64,000 nt of DNA, taken from contig JAFZIZ010000013.1 in the NCBI GenBank assembly GCA_017554145.1, positions 143,685 through 207,684 on the forward strand, given 5' to 3'. Position numbers and translations under genes: made by a program. This document shows, piece after piece, positions 29,999-39,293 of this stretch; within the stretch, counting starts at the first letter, position 1; each line of letters opens with the position of its first letter. Source of the DNA: Prevotella sp. Its GTDB lineage: Bacteria > Bacteroidota > Bacteroidia > Bacteroidales > Bacteroidaceae. Under the pieces are notes generated by a model. It was not told the origin of the DNA. It searched no databases and saw only the letters and a program-made list of their open reading frames with translations.

Positions 29999-31203
29999 GC
30001 TTCCTGCTTTTTAGTTTTCGGCAACAACAGATTCAGAAGTACACCTACCACGGCAGAAAGACCGATTCCACTCATAGCGAAGGTACCATAGCTGAAAATG
30101 GCCCCACCAATACCTGAAGTCAGGGTAACACTGACGATAATGATATTACGCGTCTCATTGAGGTCAACCTTGTTATTCATCAAGTTCTGAATACCCACAC
30201 TGGCAATGGTACCAAACAACAGAAGCATGATACCACCCAATACGGCAGAAGGAATACTCTGTAGGAGGGCACTTAACTTACCAATTATCGAGAATACGAT
30301 GGCTGTACCTGCTGCGATACGAATCACTTGAGGATGACTGACACGCGTAATCTGCATCGCACCCGTCACCTCACTATAGGTCGTCACTGGGGGACCTCCG
30401 AAGAAGGATGCAGCCAGACAGGCAAGACCATCACCCAGCATCGTACGATGGAGTCCTGGGTCTTTGACAAAATCCTTGTCGGCAACAGCACTAACTACAT
30501 AGACATCACCAATATGCTCAATCACAGGGGCAATAGCCACAGGTATCATATAGATAAATGGTTCCCAAGCAAACTGAGGCAACTGGAAATGAGCAAGAGA
30601 GTTAGGCAAAGCAAACCATGGAGCTACCGCTACTGGGTGGAAATCAACCAACCCCATGAAGAGTGCCACGATATAGCCCACGATAATACCACATACCACA
30701 GGTACCAGTTTCATCATTCCTCGTCCAAAGGTCAGTACGATAACCGCCGTGATTAATGAGATAATGGCAAGTAGCCAATTCTCCTTCGCCATATTGACAG
30801 CAGCTGGAGAGAGAGACAATCCAATGAGGATAATCACCGGTCCTATCACTACTGGTGGGAACAGGCGATCCAGGAGTTTCTTGCCTTGCCACTTAATCAA
30901 TGCTGACATGATGAAGTAAACCAAGGCAACACCCGCAATACCTGCTATCGTGCCTGGCATTCCCCACTGTTGGGCAGCAGCGATTATTGGAGCGATAAAG
31001 GCAAAACTGGAGCCTAAGAAGATGGGTACCTTCCCTTTTGTTACCAGATGGAAGATGAAAGTACCCAAACCTGCCGAAAACAATGCCGTAGCAGGATCAA
31101 GTCCTACCAGCAACGGCACTAATACCGTAGAACCGAAGGCGACAAACAGAAACTGTACACCTACGATGGTTTTACGAGTCGGAGTTAATTGCTGTGTTTC
31201 CAT
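29995..31203 (-). CDS. uraA: Uracil/xanthine permease (NCS2, UraA/PyrP)
   Basis: FLGSSFAFI, FPPVV.GPVI, EHIGD, P.TTYSE signature, P..VLGG. Confidence 0.9.
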   Translation of the reverse strand: METQQLTPTRKTIVGVQFLFVAFGSTVLVPLLVGLDPATALFSAGLGTFIFHLVTKGKVPIFLGSSFAFIAPIIAAAQQWGMPGTIAGIAGVALVYFIMSALIKWQGKKLLDRLFPPVVIGPVIILIGLSLSPAAVNMAKENWLLAIISLITAVIVLTFGRGMMKLVPVVCGIIVGYIVALFMGLVDFHPVAVAPWFALPNSLAHFQLPQFAWEPFIYMIPVAIAPVIEHIGDVYVVSAVADKDFVKDPGLHRTMLGDGLACLAASFFGGPPVTTYSEVTGAMQITRVSHPQVIRIAAGTAIVFSIIGKLSALLQSIPSAVLGGIMLLLFGTIASVGIQNLMNNKVDLNETRNIIIVSVTLTSGIGGAIFSYGTFAMSGIGLSAVVGVLLNLLLPKTKKQEA

Positions 31204-31205
31204 AA

Positions 31206-31253
31206 ACTTCAACTTTTCAACTCTTCAATTTTTCAATTCTTCAATCCTTCAAT
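31206..31253 (-). repeat. Octamer tandem array (A/G)TTGAAnn x6
   Basis: Plus strand acttcaac ttttcaac tcttcaat ttttcaat tcttcaat ccttcaat fills the DUF5020-uraA gap. Confidence 0.8.
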
Positions 31254-31256
31254 CCT

Positions 31257-31967
31257 TTAGAAGTTCCACTTTACTCCCAGTGTTGGATTCCAGAAGAACG
31301 TCTTTGTACTCTCAGGATCAGAGTTATAAATGAAGTTGTTACTGAACTCCCACTCTGTACCAATGCTGAAATGCTCATTGAAGTTATACCAGAACTGAGG
31401 CTCAGAGAGAATTACCAAGCAACCATGATTATTGGCCTTCTCACCACGCCAGAAATCAATGAAACCGGAGAAGGTACATTTCTTATTGGCAAAAGTAAGT
31501 CCCCAGACACCTGTCAACTGTGCGCTGGCATACGAATGGGTATTCTCATAACTCTTGAAGAACTGTTTATACAGGAGTTGTACAGACCATGTCTTTGAGA
31601 AGTCTTCCGAATGACCGTTATAAGCGGCACCCACCAAAGCAGCTTGTTGGAAACTACCATTACGGCTCAGTCCACCATCGTACTCAATATGAGCAGCAAA
31701 AGGTGACTGCTTACCCAGATTAAACTCACGAGAGATCTCCGTATAAGCACTCTCTGTAAAATGGCTACTCAAATCAACATCCACGAAGTAAAACCAAGAG
31801 CCCCACTTGTCTGCCTTAAACTGTTCAAGGGTAATAGTCACTTTCTGGCGACCAGCCTCCTCACCCGTGTAAATGTTACGCCCAAAGTCATAATGTACTT
31901 GGATGTTCTGTGCTCCTACTGTCATGCAGCCAGCAAGGAACAGGAAAGATAAAATCAGTTTTTTCAT
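31257..31967 (-). CDS. DUF5020 family / Tsx-like outer-membrane channel
   Basis: Signal peptide, AQNIQVHYDFG, DKWGSWFYFVD, SEPQFWYN, C-terminal WNF barrel end. Confidence 0.78.
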   Translation of the reverse strand: MKKLILSFLFLAGCMTVGAQNIQVHYDFGRNIYTGEEAGRQKVTITLEQFKADKWGSWFYFVDVDLSSHFTESAYTEISREFNLGKQSPFAAHIEYDGGLSRNGSFQQAALVGAAYNGHSEDFSKTWSVQLLYKQFFKSYENTHSYASAQLTGVWGLTFANKKCTFSGFIDFWRGEKANNHGCLVILSEPQFWYNFNEHFSIGTEWEFSNNFIYNSDPESTKTFFWNPTLGVKWNF

Positions 31968-31991
31968 AATATAATAAATTAATGTTTGTAC

Positions 31992-33308
31992 TTAGAATAA
32001 AGGTGCTATGTATTTCAGAACGAAGAAGGCAGCAAGAATATACATCGTCGCCGTCAATTCACGATGACGTCCTGTGCAAACTTTCACGATGACATACGAC
32101 AGCAGGCCTAATACGATACCCTCTGAGATACTTGCCGTGAAAGGCATCATCAGAATGGTCATGAAACATGGCATGGACTCTGTGAAGTCAACAAAGTCAA
32201 TATGTACAATCTGACGAAGCATCATCACACCCACCAGGAACAAGGCACTGGTAGTGGCAGCAGAAGGTATCATCAGGAATATCGGAGAGAAGAACAAGGA
32301 CAGAAGGAACAGTATAGCCACTGTCACAGCGGTCAGTCCCGTACGTCCACCTTCTACAATACCCGTAGTACTCTCTACGTAAGTCGTCACAGTAGAAGTT
32401 CCACAAAGGGCACCCACTGTCGTACCGATGGCGTCAGCCATCAATGACTTATTCAGATTAGGTATCTTACCCGTTTTCTTATCCACCATTCCTGCACCTG
32501 TGGATGCACCTATCAGTGTACCAATGGTATCAAAGAGGTCCATGAACAGAAGGGTTGCTACCACGATATAATAATCGAGATCGAATGAGAGGAAACGAGT
32601 GAAATCCATCTTAAAGGCTACAGGATCCAAAGACTCCGGGAAACTCAATATCGTAAAGTTTTCTGGAATCTGGGTCACACCCATCGGAATACCTACTACT
32701 GTCATGATAAGGATGGTGTAGAACAAAGCACCTCGTACCTTTAATGCCAAGAGAATAGCACCTAATAAGATACCACAGATTGCCACCATAGAGGTTGCCG
32801 TCCAAGGTCCTAAGCCCGTTACTGTCGACTCGTTAGCCACCACGATACCTCCATTCTTCAATCCGATAAAGGCAATGAAGAGACCAATACCCACAGAGAT
32901 AGAATAACGGAGATTCATAGGAATAGAATTAACGATGGCCTCACGGATTTTGAAAATCGTCAGGATGATGAAGAAAACACCCTCAACCAACACAGCAGCC
33001 AACGCCTCCTGCCACGTATAACCCATCACCAAAACCAGTGTATAGGTAAAGAAAGCATTCAAACCCATACCAGAGGCGAGTGCGAACGGCATCTTCGCAT
33101 AGAAAGCCATTACCAGCGTAGCCACCACTGCAGCAATAACCGTAGCGGAGAATACGGCTCCTTTCTCCATACCTGCTTCACTAAGGATAATCGGATTCAC
33201 GGCAAGGATATACGACATGGTTAAGAAGGTTGTCAGTCCTGCCATCATCTCTACTCTTACAGAATGTTTCTGGGCATCAAATCCCAGCCAAGACAAAAAT
33301 GTTTTCAT
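31992..33308 (-). CDS. NCS2 family AzgA/PbuG-type purine permease
   Basis: E..AGLTTFLTMSYILAVNP, GMGLNAFF, DLFDTIGT, TTYVES..G...GGRTGLT. Confidence 0.92.
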   Translation of the reverse strand: MKTFLSWLGFDAQKHSVRVEMMAGLTTFLTMSYILAVNPIILSEAGMEKGAVFSATVIAAVVATLVMAFYAKMPFALASGMGLNAFFTYTLVLVMGYTWQEALAAVLVEGVFFIILTIFKIREAIVNSIPMNLRYSISVGIGLFIAFIGLKNGGIVVANESTVTGLGPWTATSMVAICGILLGAILLALKVRGALFYTILIMTVVGIPMGVTQIPENFTILSFPESLDPVAFKMDFTRFLSFDLDYYIVVATLLFMDLFDTIGTLIGASTGAGMVDKKTGKIPNLNKSLMADAIGTTVGALCGTSTVTTYVESTTGIVEGGRTGLTAVTVAILFLLSLFFSPIFLMIPSAATTSALFLVGVMMLRQIVHIDFVDFTESMPCFMTILMMPFTASISEGIVLGLLSYVIVKVCTGRHRELTATMYILAAFFVLKYIAPLF

Positions 33309-33315
33309 AATCGTA

Positions 33316-34461
33316 TCAGTTAGTATTTTTATTTAGTAATTCATACATCTTTTGTGCTGCTACCCGAGGTGCCTGACTGTCGCCCAAGCGACGATGGACT
33401 TCCTCATAGCCCTCCAGCATCTTCTCTCGTTCATTGCCTCCGGGAAGAATCTTTTCCAAACAAGTACGGATACTTTCTACACTAAAGGTATCTGCCACCA
33501 GTTCTGGGACGATCTCTTGGTCAGCAATGAGATTGACCAAAGAGACATACTTCACCTTCAGGAACATTCGACGCAACCATTTCGCCAGACGAGGCGACGA
33601 TGTCCTGTAGCACACTACTTGTGGCACACGGAACATAGCGGTTTCCAACGTTGCCGTACCACTCGTGACCAAAGCCGCTGTTGCCTTAGAAAGCAGGGGA
33701 TACGTCTTGTCAGAAACAAGACGTACAGTACTTCCCTTCAAGAACGGTTCGTAGTAGGTGGTCTCTATCGAGGGTGCCCCAGCCAGCACGATGTCATAGC
33801 GGTCGACCAGATGGCGCGTAGCCTCTATCATCGCAGGAAGATTCTCCTTGATTTCTTGTTGACGGGAACCTGCAAGAAGGGCAATGATGGGCTTTTCTCT
33901 TACCTCTAATCTCTTACCTCTAACCTCTAAGAAATCCCTTACTTCCTGCGCTGTAGGATTCCCGACATAATGAATGGGATAATGGTGTTTCTTCTCAAAG
34001 AAGTCCACCTCAAAAGGAAGAATCGAGAACAGTTCATCTACATCACGCTTGATATTCTTGATGCGATATTCCTTCCAAGCCCATATCTTCGGAGAAATAT
34101 AATAATATATCTTTGGCGTTTGGCAGTTGGCTTTTAGCCGTTGGCCATGCACATATTTCGCAATATTCAGGTTGAAGCCAGGATAATCCACTAATATCAC
34201 CACATCTGGTTGCCACTGAAGGATATCCTGTTTGCACTTCTTAATATTCCGCATGATAGTAGGCAGATGTAACAAGACCGGTAAAAAGCCCATATAGGCC
34301 AGTTCCCGATAATGCTTGACACGAGTGCCACCTTCTGCCGCCATCATGTCACCACCGAAGAAACGGAAATCAGCCTGCTGATCCTGTTCTTTCAATGCCC
34401 GCATCAAATGGGATGCATGAAGATCGCCACTCGCCTCGCCTGCTATTAGATAGTATTTCAT
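33316..34461 (-). CDS. lpxB: Lipid-A-disaccharide synthase
   Basis: IAGEASGDLH, VDYPGFN, YISPKIWAW, LPFE, YVGNP, LLAGSR.QE, SGTATLE. Confidence 0.96.
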   Translation of the reverse strand: MKYYLIAGEASGDLHASHLMRALKEQDQQADFRFFGGDMMAAEGGTRVKHYRELAYMGFLPVLLHLPTIMRNIKKCKQDILQWQPDVVILVDYPGFNLNIAKYVHGQRLKANCQTPKIYYYISPKIWAWKEYRIKNIKRDVDELFSILPFEVDFFEKKHHYPIHYVGNPTAQEVRDFLEVRGKRLEVREKPIIALLAGSRQQEIKENLPAMIEATRHLVDRYDIVLAGAPSIETTYYEPFLKGSTVRLVSDKTYPLLSKATAALVTSGTATLETAMFRVPQVVCYRTSSPRLAKWLRRMFLKVKYVSLVNLIADQEIVPELVADTFSVESIRTCLEKILPGGNEREKMLEGYEEVHRRLGDSQAPRVAAQKMYELLNKNTN

Positions 34462-35228
34462 AGGTTCCAACTCTTTAGTTGTTCCATCATTTCATAAGCG
34501 GTGATATCTATCGTCGTAGGCGTAATTGCCACATAACCATGCTGTAATGCCCAGTTATCGGTATCTTCTGCCTCTGGCTCATCATTCTGATAGTGCCCTA
34601 CCATCCACCAATAGTCATAACCTCGGGGATGATGACATTTCACCACTTCATTACCCCATGTGCCATGAGCCATTCGACAAACCTTCACACCTTGATAATG
34701 GTCTACCAATGGGAAATTGACATTCAGACATACGCCTTTGGGTAATCCCTCATCAAGAACCCTACGCACAATCTGGCGTACGATTGGCTCCAACGGACTG
34801 AAGTCGGCAAAGACAGAGTGATCACAGAGCGAGAAAGCCACAGAAGGGATATATTTCATACACCCCTCTAACGTGACGCCCATCGTACCACTATAATGGG
34901 TATTTACTGATGCGTTGTCACCATGGTTAATGCCGCCTATCACCATTTGAGGACGACGATTAGCACAAAGTTCTGCCAAAGCCATCTTCACACAGTCTAC
35001 AGGTGTGCCATTACACGACCAGATTTCCAAACCAGGTTCTTGCTGATGACAGGTCAACACCAAAGGAACGGTTGCAGAAAAGGCACAAGCAGAACCGCTT
35101 CGTCCTTCGTCAGGAGCGCAGACCAAGATATCTGCCATGTCACGAATCATCTCTATCAGGCTATGAATGCCCTTTGCTGCATAGCCGTCATCATTGGATA
35201 TCAGAATGAAAGGTCTCTTATTTTCCAT
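34458..35228 (-). CDS. surE: 5'/3'-nucleotidase SurE
   Basis: ILISNDDG, GTPVDCV, GINHG.N......YSGT. Confidence 0.95.
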   Translation of the reverse strand: MENKRPFILISNDDGYAAKGIHSLIEMIRDMADILVCAPDEGRSGSACAFSATVPLVLTCHQQEPGLEIWSCNGTPVDCVKMALAELCANRRPQMVIGGINHGDNASVNTHYSGTMGVTLEGCMKYIPSVAFSLCDHSVFADFSPLEPIVRQIVRRVLDEGLPKGVCLNVNFPLVDHYQGVKVCRMAHGTWGNEVVKCHHPRGYDYWWMVGHYQNDEPEAEDTDNWALQHGYVAITPTTIDITAYEMMEQLKSWNL

Positions 35229-35250
35229 TAAATAATTTCTTATTTGCTTG

Positions 35251-35340
35251 CAAATTTACGAAAAGTCGAGCGCAAAACAAAGAAACTCGTTTCTTTTTTT
35301 GCCGAGACGAAGTAAGTTCGTGATTTTTATTACAAATTTA
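35251..35340 (-). repeat. Palindromic element flanked by direct repeats of the -7 box (TAAATTTG)
   Basis: caaattta at 35251-35258 and 35333-35340; interior similar to 46236-46327. Confidence 0.65.
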
Positions 35341-35351
35341 CTAAAAAAGGT

Positions 35352-35403
35352 TGAGAAGCTCAAATAAAATTTGGCTTTTTGCTCACTTATTTGTAACTTT
35401 GCA
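35352..35403 (+). promoter_or_regulatory. parA promoter (TAACTTTG) within a half copy of the same element
   Basis: gaagctcaaataaaatttggctttttgctcacttatttgTAACTTTGca. Confidence 0.5.
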
Positions 35404-35434
35404 GCCTATTATATCCATAAGGAATAAGAATAAC

Positions 35435-36199
35435 ATGGGAAAGATTATTGCTTTAGCAAACCAAAAAGGTGGTGTGGGAAAAACAACCACGACCATCAAT
35501 TTAGCAGCCTCACTGGCAACATTGGAAAAGACGGTACTCGTTGTGGACGCTGATCCACAGGCCAATGCTTCCAGTGGATTGGGTGTCAATATAAAAGAAG
35601 TGGAATGTTCTCTTTATGAGTGCATCATCGATAAGGCAGACGTACGTGACGCTATTTATACGACCGATATTGAGGGACTGGACATCATTCCCAGTCATAT
35701 CGATCTTGTCGGAGCAGAAATAGAGATGCTCAACCTGAAGAATCGTGAGAAACTGATAGGACAGTTGTTGGCACCTATCCGTGACGATTATGACTACATC
35801 CTCATCGACTGTTCTCCGTCTTTAGGCTTAATAACCGTCAATGCACTGACAGCCGCAGACTCTGTTATTATCCCCGTTCAGTGTGAATACTTCGCATTAG
35901 AGGGAATCAGTAAGTTATTGAATACCATACGCATCATCAAGAGCAAACTGAATCCTGCCTTAGAGATTGAAGGATTCCTCCTGACGATGTATGACTCTCG
36001 CCTGCGTCTGGCCAACCAGATTTACGATGAGGTGAAGCGTCATTTCCAGGAACTGGTATTCAAGACCGTCATCCAGCGTAATGTGAAATTATCAGAGAGT
36101 CCCAGTCATGGATTACCCGTCATTCTTTATGATGCAGACTCAACGGGCTCGAAAAATCATCTCGCCCTGGCAAAAGAGATTATCAACAAGAACCATTAA
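35435..36199 (+). CDS. parA: Chromosome partitioning ATPase ParA/Soj
   Basis: ANQKGGVGKTTT deviant Walker A, D.DPQ.NAS, IDC.PSLG, QCEYFALEG. Confidence 0.96.
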   Translation: MGKIIALANQKGGVGKTTTTINLAASLATLEKTVLVVDADPQANASSGLGVNIKEVECSLYECIIDKADVRDAIYTTDIEGLDIIPSHIDLVGAEIEMLNLKNREKLIGQLLAPIRDDYDYILIDCSPSLGLITVNALTAADSVIIPVQCEYFALEGISKLLNTIRIIKSKLNPALEIEGFLLTMYDSRLRLANQIYDEVKRHFQELVFKTVIQRNVKLSESPSHGLPVILYDADSTGSKNHLALAKEIINKNH

Positions 36200-36202
36200 G
36201 AC

Positions 36203-37126
36203 ATGGCAGTAAGAAAGAAATACGACAGAAGTGTACTCGGGCGCGGACTCGATGATATCAATGTAGGACGCGGTCTCGATGCTCTAATCGATACTGGAGA
36301 CGTACAAACTCAGGGAAGTTCTAATCTCAACGAGATAGAGATATCACTGATAGAACCCAATCCCAATCAGCCTCGCCGTGAGTTCGACCATGATGCTTTG
36401 CAGGAATTATCCAACAGCATCAAGGAGGTGGGTATCATTCAACCCATCACCCTCCGTCAACTCACTTCCGGCAAATACCAGATTATTGCAGGTGAGCGTC
36501 GTTGGCGTGCTTCACAGTTAGCTGGACTCAAATCCATTCCAGCCTACATCCGTACCGTTGAGGACGAAGGTGTGATGGAGATGGCACTCGTTGAGAACAT
36601 CCAGCGTGAAGACTTAAATGCCATTGAAGTGGCATTGGCATACCAGCACTTGGCAGAGACGACAGGAATGACTCAGGAGAAGATCTCCAAGCGTGTAGGT
36701 AAGAGCCGTGCTGCCGTTACAAACTATATGCGACTGCTGAAACTTCCTGCTCAGGTACAGATTGCCTTGAAAAATCATGAGATAGATATGGGACATGCCC
36801 GTGCCCTGTTGGCCATCGACAGTCCTTCGACACAAATCAAGCTCTTCAAGGAGATACAGAAGCAACAGTATTCTGTACGTAAGGTGGAAGAGATGGTACA
36901 GGCATTGAAGAACGGCGATGAAGTGAAGACCGTAAAAGGAAAGATTGCCCAGAAGTCCAAACTTCCTGAAGAGTTTGAAGTCCTCAAGAACCGTCTTACA
37001 CAATTCTTCCAGACCAAAGTTCAGATGACATGTTCCTCTAAAGGAAAAGGAAAAATTAGTATTGCCTTTGACAACGAGGAGCAACTGGAACAGATTATGA
37101 ATGCGCTGGACTGTATTAACAAATAA
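36203..37126 (+). CDS. parB: Chromosome partitioning protein ParB/Spo0J
   Basis: LGRGL N-terminal motif (duplicated), PNP.QPRR, AGERRWRA, ENIQREDL, HTH, GHARALL. Confidence 0.96.
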   Translation: MAVRKKYDRSVLGRGLDDINVGRGLDALIDTGDVQTQGSSNLNEIEISLIEPNPNQPRREFDHDALQELSNSIKEVGIIQPITLRQLTSGKYQIIAGERRWRASQLAGLKSIPAYIRTVEDEGVMEMALVENIQREDLNAIEVALAYQHLAETTGMTQEKISKRVGKSRAAVTNYMRLLKLPAQVQIALKNHEIDMGHARALLAIDSPSTQIKLFKEIQKQQYSVRKVEEMVQALKNGDEVKTVKGKIAQKSKLPEEFEVLKNRLTQFFQTKVQMTCSSKGKGKISIAFDNEEQLEQIMNALDCINK

Positions 37127-37137
37127 ATAGGAATCCC

Positions 37138-37908
37138 TTGAAACACCTTTGTGCCATATCTGTTTTACGCATGACAATCCTCGTCACTTTCCTGATGAGT
37201 GGTTGTCTGTATACAATGGCACAGAACGAAGTGGAACCGATGAAGTCTGCAACACCTGTTGACAGCATCGCCATCATGTTGGCAAGGATAGACTCGCTCA
37301 CTCGTGAAGACTCTATCTTAAATGTGAAAGAAGAGGTGCTGCCAGAACAGTCTGTCATGATTGACTCTACCCGTATCAACAGCCCCAAACGCGACTGGGC
37401 TACTTGGAAACCAGACCCTCAGCGTGCCTTATGGCTGGCGCTAGTATTACCTGGTGCGGGTCAGATATACAACCGTAAATACTGGAAACTACCCATCATC
37501 TATGGTGGTTTCATTGGTTGTATCTATGCACTCTCTTGGAACAATATGATGTACAAGGACTACTCACAGGCCTATCTGGACATTATGGACAAGGATCCCA
37601 ATACGGCCAGTTATAATAAGTTCCTGCATTTGGGAGTGGAGATTAACGAATCCAATATCAGTCGCTATAAAGAGATCTTCAAAAACCGAAAGGACAAATA
37701 CCGCCGTTGGCGTGATATGAGTATCTTTGTGATGATTGGTGTCTATGCACTCTCTGTGATTGATGCCTACGTAGATGCAGAACTGTCTGCCTTCGATATC
37801 TCCAAAGACCTGAGTCTGAAAGTATCGCCTACTGTCATTCCCAACCACTCTGGAGGCAATCCGCTTCAGGCACAGTCTTTGGGAGTCAATTGTAAATTGA
37901 ATTTCTAA
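37138..37908 (+). CDS. DUF5683 family membrane protein
   Basis: LPGAGQIYNRKYWK.PIIY, IDAYVDA.L..FD motifs; lies between parB and the lytic transglycosylase. Confidence 0.8.
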   Translation: MKHLCAISVLRMTILVTFLMSGCLYTMAQNEVEPMKSATPVDSIAIMLARIDSLTREDSILNVKEEVLPEQSVMIDSTRINSPKRDWATWKPDPQRALWLALVLPGAGQIYNRKYWKLPIIYGGFIGCIYALSWNNMMYKDYSQAYLDIMDKDPNTASYNKFLHLGVEINESNISRYKEIFKNRKDKYRRWRDMSIFVMIGVYALSVIDAYVDAELSAFDISKDLSLKVSPTVIPNHSGGNPLQAQSLGVNCKLNF

Positions 37909-37925
37909 TTAAACAAGATATAATC

Positions 37926-39257
37926 ATGATGAATAAGAAAATAATGTTGATACTGGCCTTCCTGTTTGGCTTGTCATGCACCTTACAGGCACAGATCGTA
38001 TCGGACGAAGAGGATGACGACATTGATGAAGAAGATGAACTGGTCGTCATTGACCAAAGTGGTAACGAGGAAGTCATTGAGTTTCCCGAAGCCATGACCT
38101 ACGACTTGGACAGTCTCCTGAATGAGTATATGTCGAAGACCTATCTGACATCAGGAGATTGTAACATGAAGAATGAGAACCCATACTATCCTACAGAGGT
38201 TTTCATTGAGCGTCTGTCTCGCATGCCGACAGTCATGGAGATGGCACATAATAATGTGGTACAAAATTTTATTGACCGCTATTGTACTCGCTTACGCGGC
38301 ACCATCTCCTATATGTTAGGAGCCAGCAATTTCTATATGCCTATCTTTGAGGAGGCCCTGGAAGCATATCAGATTCCATTGGAACTCAAATATTTGCCTG
38401 TCATTGAGTCGGCATTGAATCCAAGAGCCGTATCACGCGTTGGTGCTACAGGTCTTTGGCAGTTTATGTTGGCCACAGGAAAACAATATGGTCTTCAGGT
38501 TAATTCCTTGGTGGATGAGCGTAGAGACCCCATCAAGGCCTCCTATGCTGCTGCCCATCTGCTGAGCGACCTGTATAAAGTCTTCGGAGACTGGAATCTG
38601 GTTATTGCAGCCTATAACTGCGGACCTGGTAATGTCAACAAGGCGATTCAACGTTCCAATGGTGAGAAAGACTACTGGCGCATCTATCCTCATCTGCCCA
38701 GAGAGACACGTGGATATGTTCCCGCCTTCATTGCTGCCAACTATATGATGACCTACTACTCACTGCACAATATCTGTCCGATGGGTAGCAGACTGCCAGC
38801 ACAGACAGATACCGTCATGGTCAGCCAGAGAATCCATCTGGAGCAGATTTCCAAGGTATTAGGTATTGACATAGAGGAACTACGTACCCTGAATCCGATG
38901 TATCGCCGAGACATCATCCCTGGAAGCACCACAGAACCTTACGCATTGCGCTTGCAGCAAACGGATGTCAACCGTTTCATCGAACAGTTGGACGCTATTG
39001 CAAACTACAGAGCCAGTGAACTATTGACGAATCGAGCTCAGGTAGAGGTAAACGACGAGATTCCCACCTACTATCACAAGAGCAAGCGTTATAAGAAAGG
39101 ACGCAAGGGACGTGCCGGACGCTATAGTAAAGCAAGTCGCAGGGCAGGCAAGAAAGCCTCTGCCAAGAAAGGACGCGCTACCAAGAGTAAGAGTAAAGCC
39201 AGCAGGGGCAAGAGTAGCAGTAAGTCACGTAAGTCCTCGAAGAAAAGACGCAGATAA
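37926..39257 (+). CDS. mltD: Lytic murein transglycosylase, MltD-like
   Basis: LPVIES, GA.GLWQFM, AAYNCG.G, LPRETRGYVP SLT motifs; basic low-complexity tail. Confidence 0.88.
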   Translation: MMNKKIMLILAFLFGLSCTLQAQIVSDEEDDDIDEEDELVVIDQSGNEEVIEFPEAMTYDLDSLLNEYMSKTYLTSGDCNMKNENPYYPTEVFIERLSRMPTVMEMAHNNVVQNFIDRYCTRLRGTISYMLGASNFYMPIFEEALEAYQIPLELKYLPVIESALNPRAVSRVGATGLWQFMLATGKQYGLQVNSLVDERRDPIKASYAAAHLLSDLYKVFGDWNLVIAAYNCGPGNVNKAIQRSNGEKDYWRIYPHLPRETRGYVPAFIAANYMMTYYSLHNICPMGSRLPAQTDTVMVSQRIHLEQISKVLGIDIEELRTLNPMYRRDIIPGSTTEPYALRLQQTDVNRFIEQLDAIANYRASELLTNRAQVEVNDEIPTYYHKSKRYKKGRKGRAGRYSKASRRAGKKASAKKGRATKSKSKASRGKSSSKSRKSSKKRRR

Positions 39258-39293
39258 TTATATATACAATACATAAAGGTATAAGATACGGCT

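Noticed and set aside
35229-37137. parS site near parAB
   Set aside because: No TGTTTCACGTGAAACA-like palindrome noticed by eye.
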